Below are positions 50,066 through 63,465 of a DNA stretch of 64,000 nt, piece after piece. The DNA is from Camelus ferus (taxonomy: Eukaryota). Each line of letters begins with the position of its first letter. Positions within the stretch are counted from its first letter, which is position 1. The stretch is from assembly GCF_009834535.1 (NCBI RefSeq), contig NC_045696.1, positions 79,796,001 through 79,860,000 of the forward strand. The letters are read 5' to 3'. The position numbers were made by a program, and so were the translations under genes. The notes beneath the pieces were generated by a model. It searched no databases, was not told the DNA's origin, and saw nothing but the letters and a program-made list of their open reading frames with translations.

Positions 50066-51169
50066 AAACAATGACTATGTCTGATAAGAGAGGAAAATTT
50101 GGATGCATAGCAAAGGCAAAAAAAAAAAAACCAAAACAAAAAGAAACTGATCCCTTCTTGAGTTTTCAGTAATAGGCACATTCTGCAGCTGGATCAGACT
50201 TCTTGAGTTGCCTGTCCAAGTTGCAAAAGATGTGATTAAAAAGGTCACACTCTGTTTATATTAAATGTATTTATAATCATTCATGCTTATATTTGTAAAT
50301 TTTTCATTATAACAAAGCCTACAACAGATTAATTAAAATAAGCCCACCTCCATCATTCCTGAATTGCCTCCATTACACTGTCACCCCTTCCATGGCTCTT
50401 CTACCCTTGTGTTCAAGTCGACTGCATTTTAGTTTACAATCATCCTGCTTGATGTTTTATGTCTTATTCTAGCTTCCACTCTTTCTCTTCTAAGAATTTA
50501 GCCTAGCCTTTGTTCTGAGGTCAATATCTATTCAGCTTTTGTCTTTCCTTCCCATTTACTCACCGATATAAAAATGGTTCATAAATGAGGAAGCAGTATA
50601 TTAATGCAATGGAGTAAAATCAGGACCTCTCCACAGACTTTAAACGTATCAGTTATTGTTGGTTTGTTCCCCTGCTTTTGATTTCCGTGCGGTTCTTGGA
50701 AAACAGAACAGGGGGTGCTAATGCACAGCTCCCATGCTGAGTACCACCTTCAGGAAATGTTGTTCGTTGGGCCCTCAAAGCTGCCAAGAAGGCTGCAGAG
50801 ACACTCCTTGTGGGTGGGTTTATTCTTACTTAAGAGGATTTTTTTTATATCTGTTTCCTACTTTCTAATACACCAGCTTTAAAATCTATTCTGATGAGCT
50901 GAACAAGTGATTTAGCCTTTCTGCAACTTCTGTTAAATTTTCACTAGGACATCAAAAGCATTCATGTACATTCATTCACTTAGAGCACTGAAATGTTCTA
51001 AAATATGTAAATGGTGTGGCCTGGGGTAAGTACACATAATAAGAAAGACAAGATATATTTGGTTCTACTTGCTGCAAGATTGATTGATTTTTTTTTTTAA
51101 GTTCTAGATTTTCAATGACTAATTCTGTTATAACAAGTAAAGAAAAACAGAGGGGCTGAAACTTTCCTT

Positions 51170-51370
51170 GTAAGGTAGTGAAACAAGCTTGAGCAACCAA
51201 AGGCCTGGTTTTGAATCTCTGCATACCAGTGACTAACCTTGACTTTCACAAGTCACTGAACTTCTCTTTGCCTCAGGTTCTGTATCTCTGAACAAGGGAT
51301 AATAACAATATCTTCCTCAACACTTGTAAAGGGGGTAAAATGATACTAAAGAAATGAAAGATTTTTGCAA
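51170..51370 (+). mobile_element. MIR SINE
   Basis: cctggttttgaatctctg...caagtcactgaacttctctttgcctcagg...gggataataacaata. Confidence 0.75.
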
Positions 51371-53107
51371 ATGGGGAATATCTGTGCGGATATTAACCTT
51401 AAAGTCACTATTGTGTTTTATTTTCAAATACATCAGGTGACCAACCTGAAATTTTACAAGATTCTAGAATTCACAAACTTCTTTTCATGAGCACATTTGC
51501 TCTAGTTAACAGTGTGAACAGTCAGTCTACCCAGTGTTCATCAACAAAGTGAAAACTATTTTGATGGTACCCATGGGGATGTTTGTTTTTAGCCTCTTAA
51601 TTTGTTTCCTTTACATGCAAAAAGATTTCCACACAAGTAGTTAAAAAAATGGACTAGTTTAAGTCCAATACAAAAATTAAGCAAATGTAGGGAAATACAA
51701 CTTCCTGGTGAATACTAGATGTCCAAAAATGTTAGAAACACTTAACTTTGAGGGAAAATGGAGGACTACTCACATTTCCAAATTTAACCAACACTGTTAT
51801 TAGGGACTAAAGCTTATTCCTATAGATGCTGCCTCACCCAAGCTAAAGCATAAGATTATCATTTGAGTCTTATGCTCAAAGCAACTTCCCCTATGTTTTC
51901 TCACACTCTCAGTCCTAAACGTCTTTCCTGGGGTACTTGGCACCTGGAAGTCACTAAATAGGTCATTATACATAGGGCTACAAGTAGCAAGAGACAAACC
52001 TGGACCAACCAGTTTTTACTGGAGGAGGTGAAAAACACAGCCTAGATGCCCACACCTGTTCATTTTATAGCTCTTGTCAGTCTGCATTTGATAATTAAAT
52101 TTTTCTCTTCTTTTCCAGATAAAAATCTCTTGTTGGGTGTCCCTGACTTATTATCTAACGGTTTTCTCATAGTTTAGAAGAGCTGACTACCTTATAAATA
52201 AAAGTACCACTCCACTATCCATTTTACTTTTCACAATTTATGGCTGTATTTCATGGATATGGTTATTTTCCCGGAGATTCCATGAGTATTTTATAATCAT
52301 TGACAACAGACTATTAGCCTCAACAAGCATTTTGCAAATTCTGGGATTATACTGTGACTGGTGTATTTACCTAAACCCTCCCTCATTTCATCTTCTGTTG
52401 CTATGGCAAGAATTCCTCATGTTCATCCTGTGACCTTTGCTGATTTTTCATAGAAGTCTGAAGAGCAGTCATATGTTAAGTTACAACATCATTAGTTTGA
52501 AAAGAGGTGACTCCTTGGTGGCACAGGTCATAGTTGTGACATATACATATCATATGAACCTTCCTCACTGGAGAAAATGCAGGCCACGTGCCTTTCCCAG
52601 GTCGCCTGAGGCAAAATAATTTTGTAATTAGATATAAATGTTCTTATGATATTGCCAATTATTAATGCTTTTAATAGCAAATAGAACTTTCCCACTGAAG
52701 ACAGTTAATTTCACAGCACTATTTGGTAATTTTTTAAGTGTTTCACAATAAGAGATAAGCAGATGAAAGAAATCTAATCTACAACTTTACTAGATGTTTA
52801 ACCTGAATCTTTTTGCTTTTTTAGACTTTCATTTCCCATAAATTTTCCTTGTAGAACCTGCTCAATACATACAGGCTTTGAGAAAATCGTTTTTGGTTTT
52901 ATGGAAGGAAAATAAAAAGAGAGTAACATTGAAAAGTCACATGTACATGCCCCCCAAAAGAGGGGTGGGGAGTATTTTGGTTTTAAGAGGGAGGGCAAAA
53001 GGATGCACTGATATAATGCAAATTATTAAACAAGTATGCTCCATGTTCCCCTTTATCTTGACTCTTATAGTTAGAGCCTAAATGCAAAATATGACTATTT
53101 ACTTTTA

Positions 53108-54435
53108 CAGTGGTCCTCAAACTGGTCTTCTGACCTCATTATATTTTTCAAACATTACTGAGGATCCCAAAGAGTTTTTGCTTTATGTGGGTTACATTTA
53201 TAAATGCTTATCATATTAGAAATTAAGATGTAAAAACTTAAAAATATATAGTTATTCATTTAAGAACAATAAACCCATTACATGCTAACATAAAATGCAT
53301 ACTTTATGAAAAATAAGTATTTTTAAGATGCATAGAGGAGTAGCATTGTTTCACATTTTTGCAAATCTCTTTAACGTATGGCATCATAAAAGAAAACTGA
53401 GTTCTCGTATCTAATTCTGCATTCAATCTGTTACAATATGGTTGAACTATTTGAAGAAATCCAGTTTGACACAAGATGTATAGTTAGAAAAGGAAAGAGA
53501 ATATTAATAGGCTTTTCAGATAATCCTGAATATTCTTCTTTGATACCACACCAAGACTTAACAAGTTGTGGTTTCTTAAAGATTAATTACAATGAGGATT
53601 CTGAAGTTGAATCAATCAATTAATAGTCTGTTTCATTAAAAACCACTAGTTTTCCTTACACTTTGAATGGATTGTTTACCTACTCATGAATTAGTAACAT
53701 CATACATTGGTTATTTGGAAAATAATGCATCATTTTCAGATTTCTATTATGCATAGTAAATTTTTAAAACTGCACATGTTAATATCATCAGAAAAGTCTT
53801 CAAGTATTGGGTGGCTGTCAAGTTCACACTGACGGATGTAAGTTTTCCAAAATTCTAATTTTTGCTTGAAAGCTCAAACTTTTATCACTGGCAATAAATA
53901 CTGTCAGTTGTGTTCCTTTAAGTGACAGGCACACTTATTTCATTTTCAAGAAACGTCTGCCAAATTCCAAGTCTGATAATCATAGTTGGTTATTTGTTCT
54001 TCCAAGTAAAACATGGTGTTCTGTGGAAACAGCAGCTAAGTCAGCTCACAAGTGCAAACAATGGCATGAGTGCACAAATGCTTTACCTCGAGAAGCCATC
54101 ATAGTTTGTTGAGCAGGAGAGAAGTGCTTTCTGCATATGTCCCATCTAGTCATGTCAAGTATTAAAAAGACATGTGTTCAGGGGCTGAGATTCACAATTT
54201 GGGGGAGGCAAGTGCATACAATGATGAAGAATACTCTCGATGTCTACTACAATAGTTTCCTCTCACTGATTTGATTCCAGCAAAAGAGCCAGCAGTTTTA
54301 TACACCATGGCTTTTGCAACATCAGTGCAAATATCAACACAGTGAAAAAGGAGAATATCTTAATGTTATTATAAAAATAATAATAATATTGTAAACCACC
54401 TTGGCAATCTGCAGATCACACTTTGAGAACCACTA
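53108..54435 (-). mobile_element. Charlie1a-like hAT DNA transposon (internally deleted, transposase remnant)
   Basis: TIRs cagtggtcctcaaa / tttgagaaccacta; reverse strand near 54300-54345 reads CVDICTDVAKAMV, a match to the Charlie transposase CTDGAxAM motif. Confidence 0.85.
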
Positions 54436-55984
54436 TACTAGTTTATAGCATCCTCAGTATCCTCCCAGCTTTTGTATCTCTCAACTTTTTTCAAAATAGT
54501 TGCAATGATTGTCATACTTAAAAAAATCCTTCCATCATGTGCTTGCTTAGTAGTTGCTGAACCATTAGAAATTTCTTCCACAAAATTAAAAATCTTTTAA
54601 CTAATGAACAAATCCTTAATAGGATCCTGTCCTCCTCTATGGTGAATTTATTACTTTAGCCAAGCAAATTTACATGGCAGTTTTAATATGGTTTACCATC
54701 CTCTATCACCAAGTCATTTTGGGGCTACTCTTCTAATTTGGATTTTCTACTTCTCTTCCTTAAATGTGATCATTTCATAGTGCAGCTCAAGACTCATTTC
54801 CTCCTGATGTCTTTCCAAATTTTGCATTTTCCTGTCATTTCAGATCCTTTACACAAAACTTCTGGTTTTTTTCCATCTCCTTTGTATGCAGCCCACAATT
54901 TAACTGTTTCACGTTTCAGTTTATTTATTGTTAGCTATGTGTGTATTTTTATGATTTTTCACAATTGGATTAACACTTCTTTTGGAGGTTAGTCGCTTAG
55001 TACCTAACATAACTTTTAAACAGAAGCACAAAATATGCTGTTGTAATTATATTCACTCAAATGGGAAGCACTTTTAAAGATATCTGGAAAATATATTATT
55101 TCCAAAGTACCGTGAGATGACACTTCATTTGGCACGAGTCACAATAGGTTGCGACTCAATTCTTGGAGCTAATGAGATCAGAATGTCAAAACAGGAGACT
55201 TAATCATCTTTGTCAATAAAGAAAGGATTAAATAGCATATTAGAAGATCCCTTTGAATTTCAAAGAGAAATCATTAACATTCTCATTTATAGTATTAGTA
55301 ATTAGTAGACTTCCTTAATTGGAGTCATTCTGAGTAATGGTGATTTGGTCTATAACTAAACATTTAAATCCAACCAACATTGAGAAGCCTTTCCCAAAAT
55401 CAAAGTCAACATCCAATTCAAATTTTGGCTTTCAACTTGTAAACTATATTACAGTATATAATCTAGGGGGTTAGCTGGTATGGATACTGTATACATAAAT
55501 ACAAGGCCCATTAATTCTATTAATTCATTAAAGAAAAACCAGAGATGATGTCAGAAGTCCAATAGTCTTACAAAGCATAAGAATCACATCAATAGTTCCC
55601 CTTTTGCATAGGAGGTAAGGGGGGCTTTAAAGTAGGTAAAATATTGTTATCTAGATATCATTTTTTAGTCTCTAATACAAGTCTCAAAAAATCATGATGT
55701 TAATATGAATAATTTAAATACTTGATGATATATGAATGGTTTTTATTTTGGTATGAAAAATCCCTCTAATTCTCATACTTAAAAAGAAACAAGCATCCCA
55801 TTTCATTATCCAGTAAAACTATATAGTAGACACCACTATAATTTATTTCATCTCATTTTAAAGATTCCTGCATAATTGCTAGTTGAAGGCAGCATAAGAA
55901 AAGAATAGAATGCAGACAGACATTTATTTCCATACAATAGGCTACTCAAAATACTAGTTTAAGTATGTATTTACCCTTCTGGCT

Positions 55985-56052
55985 CTTTTCTGTAGAACCT
56001 GTACAGTGTCTGGAACGTAGTTTACTTCCAATAATTGTTGCTGAATGAATCA
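55985..56052 (+). mobile_element. L2 3' terminus
   Basis: acagtgtctggaacgtag...caataattgttgctgaatgaat. Confidence 0.6.
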
Positions 56053-58607
56053 TAAGTTAAGTTCTGGTAGGTTAGAACAGAGGGGAATTTATTAATTGTA
56101 CTTTTCAAAGCAATCATTCTAAAATGCATCCCACCGAGTAACACAGAGAATAGAAAAAAGCATGTGCTATTTGTCACTCTGTTCTTGAACCACCACCACC
56201 ACTTCTCCACCCTCCTCCCCCTCAACATTACACAGACAAATGAATAGGGCTTTACATCTGCATCTTTGGTTTCTTAATCTTGGTAGCTTTTCTACAAAAG
56301 AGTTGATAGTTGGTATTTGGTTCACAAACCCTGCAGAAAAGATAATAGGGCCAACACTGTATTATTTTTTAAGAGGAAATGTCAAGAACAAAAAATGAGA
56401 ATGTCAAAAGATAGGTTGATATACTGTATTCCTTAAAGAATGTTTTGCTGGGAGAACTGACCAAGTGATTTACTAACAGCTTCTACTGGACAGTCTTTGG
56501 ATTACAATGTAGATGAAAAATAAATGGGAACCCATTTCATATTTACTCTGTCTAAGCATTTGACAGATAGAGAAAAAGATGGGAAGACACAATTACAGAC
56601 TACAAAAATGTGGGGTTTTTTTCAGGTTTTCAAATTATGAAAAATAATTTTGCATTAGAATTTTTTTCAAACAGTCTACTTAGGTATATCTCTATATCCT
56701 TTAACTACAAAGATGACCTTTCATTCCTCATCACATCTGAATACAAGTAGATGAAATTATGTAAAGCTGAAGTTAGACTGGGACATAGGTACAAAAGTCA
56801 GTGGAGAGAGGACTCTGGTATATACAGGTCACAAGAGATGTAAATCTCATCAGCAAATCATAGATAACATTAGTGGGCTCAGCCACCGGTAACATTGCTG
56901 TAGTCCACAAACATCCATTGAGTGCCCATTATGCGCTATGCATTTGCTAGATGCTGCACATATAAAGATAAATAATACTGTTGAGCATTATTTCTTGTTA
57001 TGGAGAGGTCTTTAATAAAGAGTAATTAATAAGAGTTGAAAAGAAAGTAAAAAAAATGAAGAGAAAAAAATGTTCTTCATTGCTCAAAAAAGGAATATCA
57101 CTGCACACTTCTAAAGATCCAGTAGAGATCTTTAGATAAGATCTCTATCTTATTTATTAAATCTTTAGATAAGATCTCAATTTAACTATTTTTAATAATT
57201 TTAAGTAATTATTTGATGCATGTTAGTTAAAGATATCAATGTTGATGAAGAATATGAAAGACTAAACTGAATCTGGAAAAATATGGAAGACCTAAAAAAA
57301 ACTCTTTCTAAAGGTTCATATTTCCTGGTATTGATCACCTATTAAATTTATTACCTGAATCCTTTAATCTTCCCTCTATTTTTCTAAACAGAGAAATCTC
57401 ATTCTCAAATGCTAAAAATATACTTAAACATAGATGGTAATCATTCTTTAATGTGCACTCACTACTAGCTCTATAAAGAGGACAGATGATATAACATCTC
57501 CCTTCTAAACATATATTTTTCAGTACTGTGACAAAATAGCCATTTTTGAGGTATTTATCCCATTGACTCTTCGTTATGTCAAGAAATTAGGTGTTTGCTG
57601 CTCACTTGAGTAATTCCATAATTGAATATTTTTTGCATATAATTAATTGTAATTTGATGGGTGAAAGGTCAGGATAGTATTCAGGTTACCCCCTCTGCTT
57701 GGCTTCTTCTTTAAACTTGTTTTCTTCTGCTGTGTCATGCTGGGATCTCAAGAAATAGCTGAGAGTGATTTCTTGTTGTTTCCTTAAAGAATTAGGTTTT
57801 ACTTTCATGTTTGTGCAAACACATACTTTGCCACTGTTTTGGCAGAGCTATGTACTTTGACAATAATATACTGTAATTTTCTTATTTTGAAACCCAATGC
57901 CTTCAATTCTAATTTTATGCTCTAATACTTTATAAAATAGTGCAATTTCTCCCATGTAAATTAAATTGGGTCATTTCATTGTTCTATCTTGCTTGCCAAT
58001 GTAAGATATTTAAAGTGAGTACATGGACTTCTCAATTCTTCTCAGTACGTTGAAGATTGTTATACTTTATTTTGGCTTTTAATTCTAATCATCAATCTTT
58101 TGTAGTGAACCAAGTGACCAAGTAAGACACAATGAATTAAGATTTCACTGAATCTTTGTGTAGTGATGGCATTACTGCATAAGTTCCCTTTACATTACAA
58201 TTCCTTTCACCTACTCAGGAATTTAGGTTACTAGATTGAGATCTGGTATTATACCAACAGCCTATGTTGAAAGAAGCTCTCAGAAGCAACCACATGGAAC
58301 AATTGCTGATTCTTCTGTAAATCTGTTACTGAAGACAGATTTTTACATTAGAGGGCATCTTTGGATAAAGTGATCTTTCTGACTGTACAACAAGAAATTT
58401 TTGAATTGCACAAGTGGCTTGTTTAAAACAAACTTTATGCTCCTCTTTCCATTAGCTATCAGTAAACCTAGATGAAAACATGTAGTCCATCTCAACTTAA
58501 ACTCTTAGACTCTTGTGACACGTATTTTGTGTACTAACCTCATCCAGGTGTAACCTTAGCTCCCCTACTTTTAATCTTGCTTTCATCATTCAGTTATTTT
58601 TTGTTTC

Positions 58608-59645
58608 ATTTTTAATTGTGATAAAGCACATGCAACATAAAATTTACCATCTTATCCATTCTAAAAATGTGGAGTTCAGTAGTGCTAAGTACATTCACAT
58701 TGTTGTATAACCAATCTCCAGAACTCTTCATCTTACAAAACTAAAACCCTATACCATTTAACAACTCTCTATTTCCCTCACACCACAACTCCTGGGAACC
58801 ACCATTCTACTTTCTGTCTCTATGAATTTATCTACTCAAGGTACCTCAAATAAATGGAATGATGCAGTATTTGTCTTTTTATAATTGGCCTATTTAACTG
58901 AGCATAATGTCCTGAAGGTTCATCCATGTTGCAACTTGTGTCTTAATTTCCCTCTTTTTTAAGGCTGCATAATATTCCATTATATGTATATACTACATTA
59001 TATTAATCCATTAATCTGTGGATGGACACTTGGGTTTCTTTCACCTTTGGCTATTCTGAGTAATAGTGCTATGAACATAGGAACATACCTTTAAAACCCT
59101 GCTTTCATTTCTTTTGGATATATACATAGAAGTGGAAATGCTAGATCATATAGTAAGTCTATCTCTAATATTTTGATGAACTGCCATACTGTTCCACAGC
59201 AGCTGCACCATCCTACATCCCCACAAACTGTGCACAAGGATTCCAATTTCTCCACATCCTTGCCAACACTTGTTATTTTCTGTTTAAGAGTAGCCATTCT
59301 AACAAGTGTGAAGTAGTATCTCATTGTATTTTTCATTTGTATTTCCTTAATGATTACTAATGTTGAGCATCTCTTACATGTACTTATTGGCCATTTATAT
59401 ATCTGCTTTGGAGAAATGTCCATTCAAGTCCTTTGCCCATTTTTTTAATTAGGTTGTTTGTTCTTTCATCGTTGAGGTTTAGGAGTTCCTTATATATTCT
59501 ATTTATTAATCCCCTATTAGATACATGATTTGTAAATACTTTCTCATTCACAGTTGCCTTTTCATTCTGTTGATCCTGTCTTTTGATGCACAGAAGTTTT
59601 TCATTTTTATATAGTCCAATTTATCTGTTTTCCCTTTGTTCTAAG
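58608..59645 (-). mobile_element. L1MB-type 3' end including the ORF2 C-terminus
   Basis: Track ORF 59091..59423 (CSTLVIIKEIQMKNTMRYYFTLVRMA...LLCIYPKE) is the L1 ORF2p C-terminal region; 3' UTR aacataaaatttaccatctt. Confidence 0.92.
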
Positions 59646-59872
59646 TAATTTTTATTTTGATTTAAACTCTTAAGTATTCTACAAGCTACCTTAAAATCTA
59701 CCTAAATCAGAATATAAATAGATAATAATGTAATCACTCATTCTTCAATATTAGGTATTCTCCTAATTTTCCTATGATATTTTAATTATGTAACTTGTTA
59801 AGAATCCTTCTTTATTTGTTAATGGCATGAATGTAACAAATACAATTTGTATATCTGAACAAAAATTATCTA

Positions 59873-60352
59873 TATAGGGAGACAATTTCCTTGGATCTCT
59901 TGAATTTTTGCATGTCTTATGGACAAGGCATTGACTGGCCTTTGCTCTGAACTATCTTTTCAAAGATGACTGCATGGTAAACAACCTTGGAAGAAAAGAC
60001 ATGTCTGCTTACAGTCTTAGAAGATGAAGATAGTGTCTCCCTCTCAACCTACAAACAGCCATGCTTAAAATCCATTATAAAAGATCTACATTCCCTAAGC
60101 TTAGGATTCCTCTCCTGTAATGCAACCTACTGCAATGTGAAGGTGTCACCTGGACTTCTTGGCTTTGCCATCTGGGATTGTGGCTTAAGGAACTGGTACA
60201 ACAAAAGACTGATGTCCTGGCTACTGCTATGACTGAGTAAGAAATCTCTGGCCCTGGAGGTTCATGTCTTCTACAAGCATCCATGAAACTATATCATGCT
60301 AATTTGTTACTTGCAAGGAGGGAAAACCTCAGACCCTTCACAGTGATCAACA
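59873..60352 (+). mobile_element. LTR40a-like ERVL solo LTR
   Basis: gggagacaatttcc...aactatcttttcaaagatg...gatagtgtctccctct...agacccttcacagt; candidate 5-bp TSD atcta/atgta. Confidence 0.8.
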
Positions 60353-60384
60353 ATGTATTCTAAGAGATTTTTACGAATATCCCT

Positions 60385-61345
60385 GAAAGTCATGTAGTGT
60401 AATCTCCCACTCAGTCAAGAATTTCTTCTACACATCCTGACAGATGGCATTCTAAATATCACTTAAGTTATTCCAGTAAATGGAAACTCTTCTCAAAGCC
60501 TGCAGCATTGGTTATTAAGTCCATCTTTATGTTGAACTGAACTATTTGTAACTGTACAGTATTGGTTTTTGCCTGACTTCATCTGTTAGTACATAGAATA
60601 ATTAATCTATATTCTACATGACAGGTCTTTGTGTTTGAAAGTACCTACTTAGTCTCCCCTAATCTTAACTCTCTAAACATAGCAATTTCACTCAATATTC
60701 TTGACACACTATGTTCTCTAGATCCATTGAACACTGTAGACACACTTCAATATAGTGATAATTCCCATAAATATGTCTCCTATATGGCTAAGGAACAATT
60801 CAGTAAAAATATAATTTATTACTTGAACAGAATGCCTTTAGATCACTTAAAATAAATTTTACATACAGTTTTTGTAACTCTATTATATTGTCCTATCACA
60901 GTTAGCTTGTAATTTTATAAAATATTCAGATTTTTTTCCACACGGTCACATTCAAGCCATGGTTATATTTGTAGAACAAATTTTTAAAATTCATAACATA
61001 AGATTTTTAGCCAGTACATGTCATTTTGAATTTTGCTTCTGTCATCAGATATTAGTTCTTTGTTAGATAAAACATATGCCATTAAGAAGAAATTATAGTC
61101 ATCCTTTCAATCTCTTAATCATAGTTACTAATGAAAATATTGTCCACAAAAAGGGCTAAGGACAAGCCATTAAATTTATTCTTTCATAATAATCCAGACT
61201 ATACTTCAATAATATCAATCAGTTGTTCAACAAGTTATCATCTACTGAATGATACCATTAGCCAGCATAAATGTCACCATCTTATCCACAAGGATATCAT
61301 GCTTTGTATAAATGAAAAATATTTCATATCCCTGGCATTCTCTAG
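60385..61345 (-). mobile_element. L3/CR1 LINE remnant (RT and 3' region)
   Basis: catcctgacagatggc... 3' sequence; reverse translation ~61090-61170 gives VLSPFVDNIFISNYD*EIE, similar to the CR1 RT motif VLGPVLFNIFINDLDEGIE. Confidence 0.65.
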
Positions 61346-61669
61346 ATCTACCAACTATTTCTAAAAGCATATGGCAGCACTTTACTAAGATATTAAGAAG
61401 AGTGTCATTCAAGTGGATGAATATCTGCTAATTTACTTTGATAATGACCAAGCTAAGTAAAGAGAACTGGACTGAGGCATTTGCCTCAACAAGAAATTGC
61501 TTCCCTGATCCCTAATCTCATATGAAGCTAAAGCCTTAAGCTCTGGAAGGAGTGCTAACTTGCTAACTAACATTCTCATTCCAGAGTTCAGGCTTCTGAC
61601 TGAGATGTAGAAACAAAACACATCTGTCCCTGGGGGAATAGGTAGGAAATTCTTATGCTTCTATTGCTA

Positions 61670-61812
61670 CTCTTTGGTATGGGTGGAAATATTCTATATC
61701 TTTATTGGAGTGATGGTTATAAACTTGTCAAAATGCATCAAACTACACCCTTTAGGAAGGTGAATACTATTGCATGTAGATTACACCTCAATAAAACTGA
61801 CTTAAATAAAAG
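61670..61812 (+). mobile_element. Old L1 (L1MC/ME) 3' terminus
   Basis: tggaaatattctatatcttt...ttgtcaaaatgcatcaaactacac...tacacctcaataaa. Confidence 0.7.
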
Positions 61813-63162
61813 TACATTAAAATAAGTTAATTTTCTAAAAATTAGATAATAAATAGAAAGATGAGAAAAAAGAACATGAAATAATATTACCTTTAAAACA
61901 AACTGAATTTTGAAATGGTAATAATTACCATTAAAATTTAGGTCTAGAAAGATCTCCCGAGGAACTTGAATGAAGTAAAGGTATGTATCTAGCAGTTTTA
62001 TTTAGATCATTAAAAATCTTGTAAGTGCACTCCCAGTGGTTACTAACAATACCTTATAAATGAGGAATATATTATTTTTTCCTTATGCTATTAAAATATT
62101 TGAATACTCTATTATATGTTACTCTTGATATATATGAAAAGCAGAAATACACAAGACATAGTCTCTATTTGCATTATAATAAAGTGAAAAAGTAATATTA
62201 AAAGTTATAACAAGAAAAACCACCCTTCTGAAAACAAACAGTGCTATCCTCAGTAGTTTTTCAATCAAAGAGAAATTAAAATCTATAATTAGAGACTTGG
62301 GGAAAAATTATGAGAATAAAATATACTCTATCATTCTTAAGAATACGGTCAAAGCTAAAAATCAGTTTAAAAATCATAGTTATAAATGCCTTCTTTATTT
62401 AGAAAAAAACATAAGTGGATTGAATTTTAAGTTAAGAATAAAAGAAATAATAAAATAGAACCTAGAGAGGACAAAAATGTATTAATAAATATAAAAATTG
62501 AAATGAGTAAATTGAAACACAGAAAGAACAGTAGAATTAATTAGAATAAATAGCTAAATCAAAGATTAATTTGGTTAAAAAGACTAACAAAACACCAAAT
62601 CTCTGGCAACTCAATTCCAGTATAATATTTCATAAAAATTATAGTATAATTTTTAAATTTTTTAATTTTGTTTGTTGATATTTTTGTTGATGTAGTTCTG
62701 CTTTATTATTCACTTTCTAAATCCTTGAGTTTAATATTCTGTTTATTTAATGCTTTTTTGAATCAGTAATTAATCCAAATCGTCCCTACAAAAGATCAGG
62801 ACAAAGTCCATAATCATGTTGATAGATCCAAAGGGTATTTGAAAAACTTTAACATTTATTTCTGATAATAACTCTTGACAAATAATATTTTAAGTTAATC
62901 CATAATCATAATTATCAGAGAAATACTAAAGCATCCCTAGAGTACTTAACTTAAAAGTCCTTTTAAAAATTAGCCTATGCAGTAAGAGAAGAAAAAAGAT
63001 GTAAATATTTAAAAGAAGTATCAAACATAATTATTTGTGGGTGATGAGAATAAAACTAAATTATTGCAATATTAAATAATGAATAAAAATAAGTATTTTT
63101 AAAATGCATGTCTAAATGCTGGCAATAAAAAGTTAGGAAATACAATTTTTAAAATCCCATTC

Positions 63163-63296
63163 TTTTTTTTTTTTTATGAGGGGGAGGTAATTAGGTTTAT
63201 TTATTTATTTCTGTTTGGAGGAGGTACTGGGGATTGAATCCAAGACCTCGTACATGCTAAGCATGTGCTCTACCACTTGAACTATACCCTCCCCCC
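63163..63296 (-). mobile_element. Camelid tRNA-Ala-derived SINE (Vic-1 type)
   Basis: Minus strand GGGGAGGGTATAGTTCAAGTGGTAGAGCACATGCTTAGCATGTACGAGGTCTTGGATTCAATCCCCAGTACCTCC...AAATAAATAAACCTAATTACCTCCCCC plus poly(A); A/B-box-like motifs; degenerate TSD taaaatcccattctt / taaaagtcccatcctt. Confidence 0.9.
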
Positions 63297-63326
63297 TAAA
63301 AGTCCCATCCTTAATATTCACATATG

Positions 63327-63465
63327 TAGTGCTTTTCAAACTTTAATATGCATAAAAATCACCTGAGGGTCTTATTAAAATGCAGACTCAGTAGATTTGG
63401 GGATCAAGATTTTACATTTCTAATGAGCTCCCAAGTGCCGCTGATCATACTTTGATTAGTAAAGT
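63327..63465. mobile_element. MER5A-like MITE
   Basis: tagtgcttttcaaactttaatatgcataaaaatcacctgagggtcttattaaaatgcagact. Confidence 0.75.

Noticed and set aside
59091..59423. 110-aa ORF with real protein similarity
   Set aside because: It is a decayed L1 ORF2p C-terminus, not a host gene.
15615..60352. Two LTR40-like LTRs as the ends of one provirus
   Set aside because: They are in opposite orientation, 44 kb apart, with no gag/pol between them; these are independent solo LTRs.
63222..63296. tRNA-Ala-like sequence on the minus strand
   Set aside because: It is the head of a SINE (tail, poly(A), TSD) with mutated stems and B box; not a functional tRNA gene.
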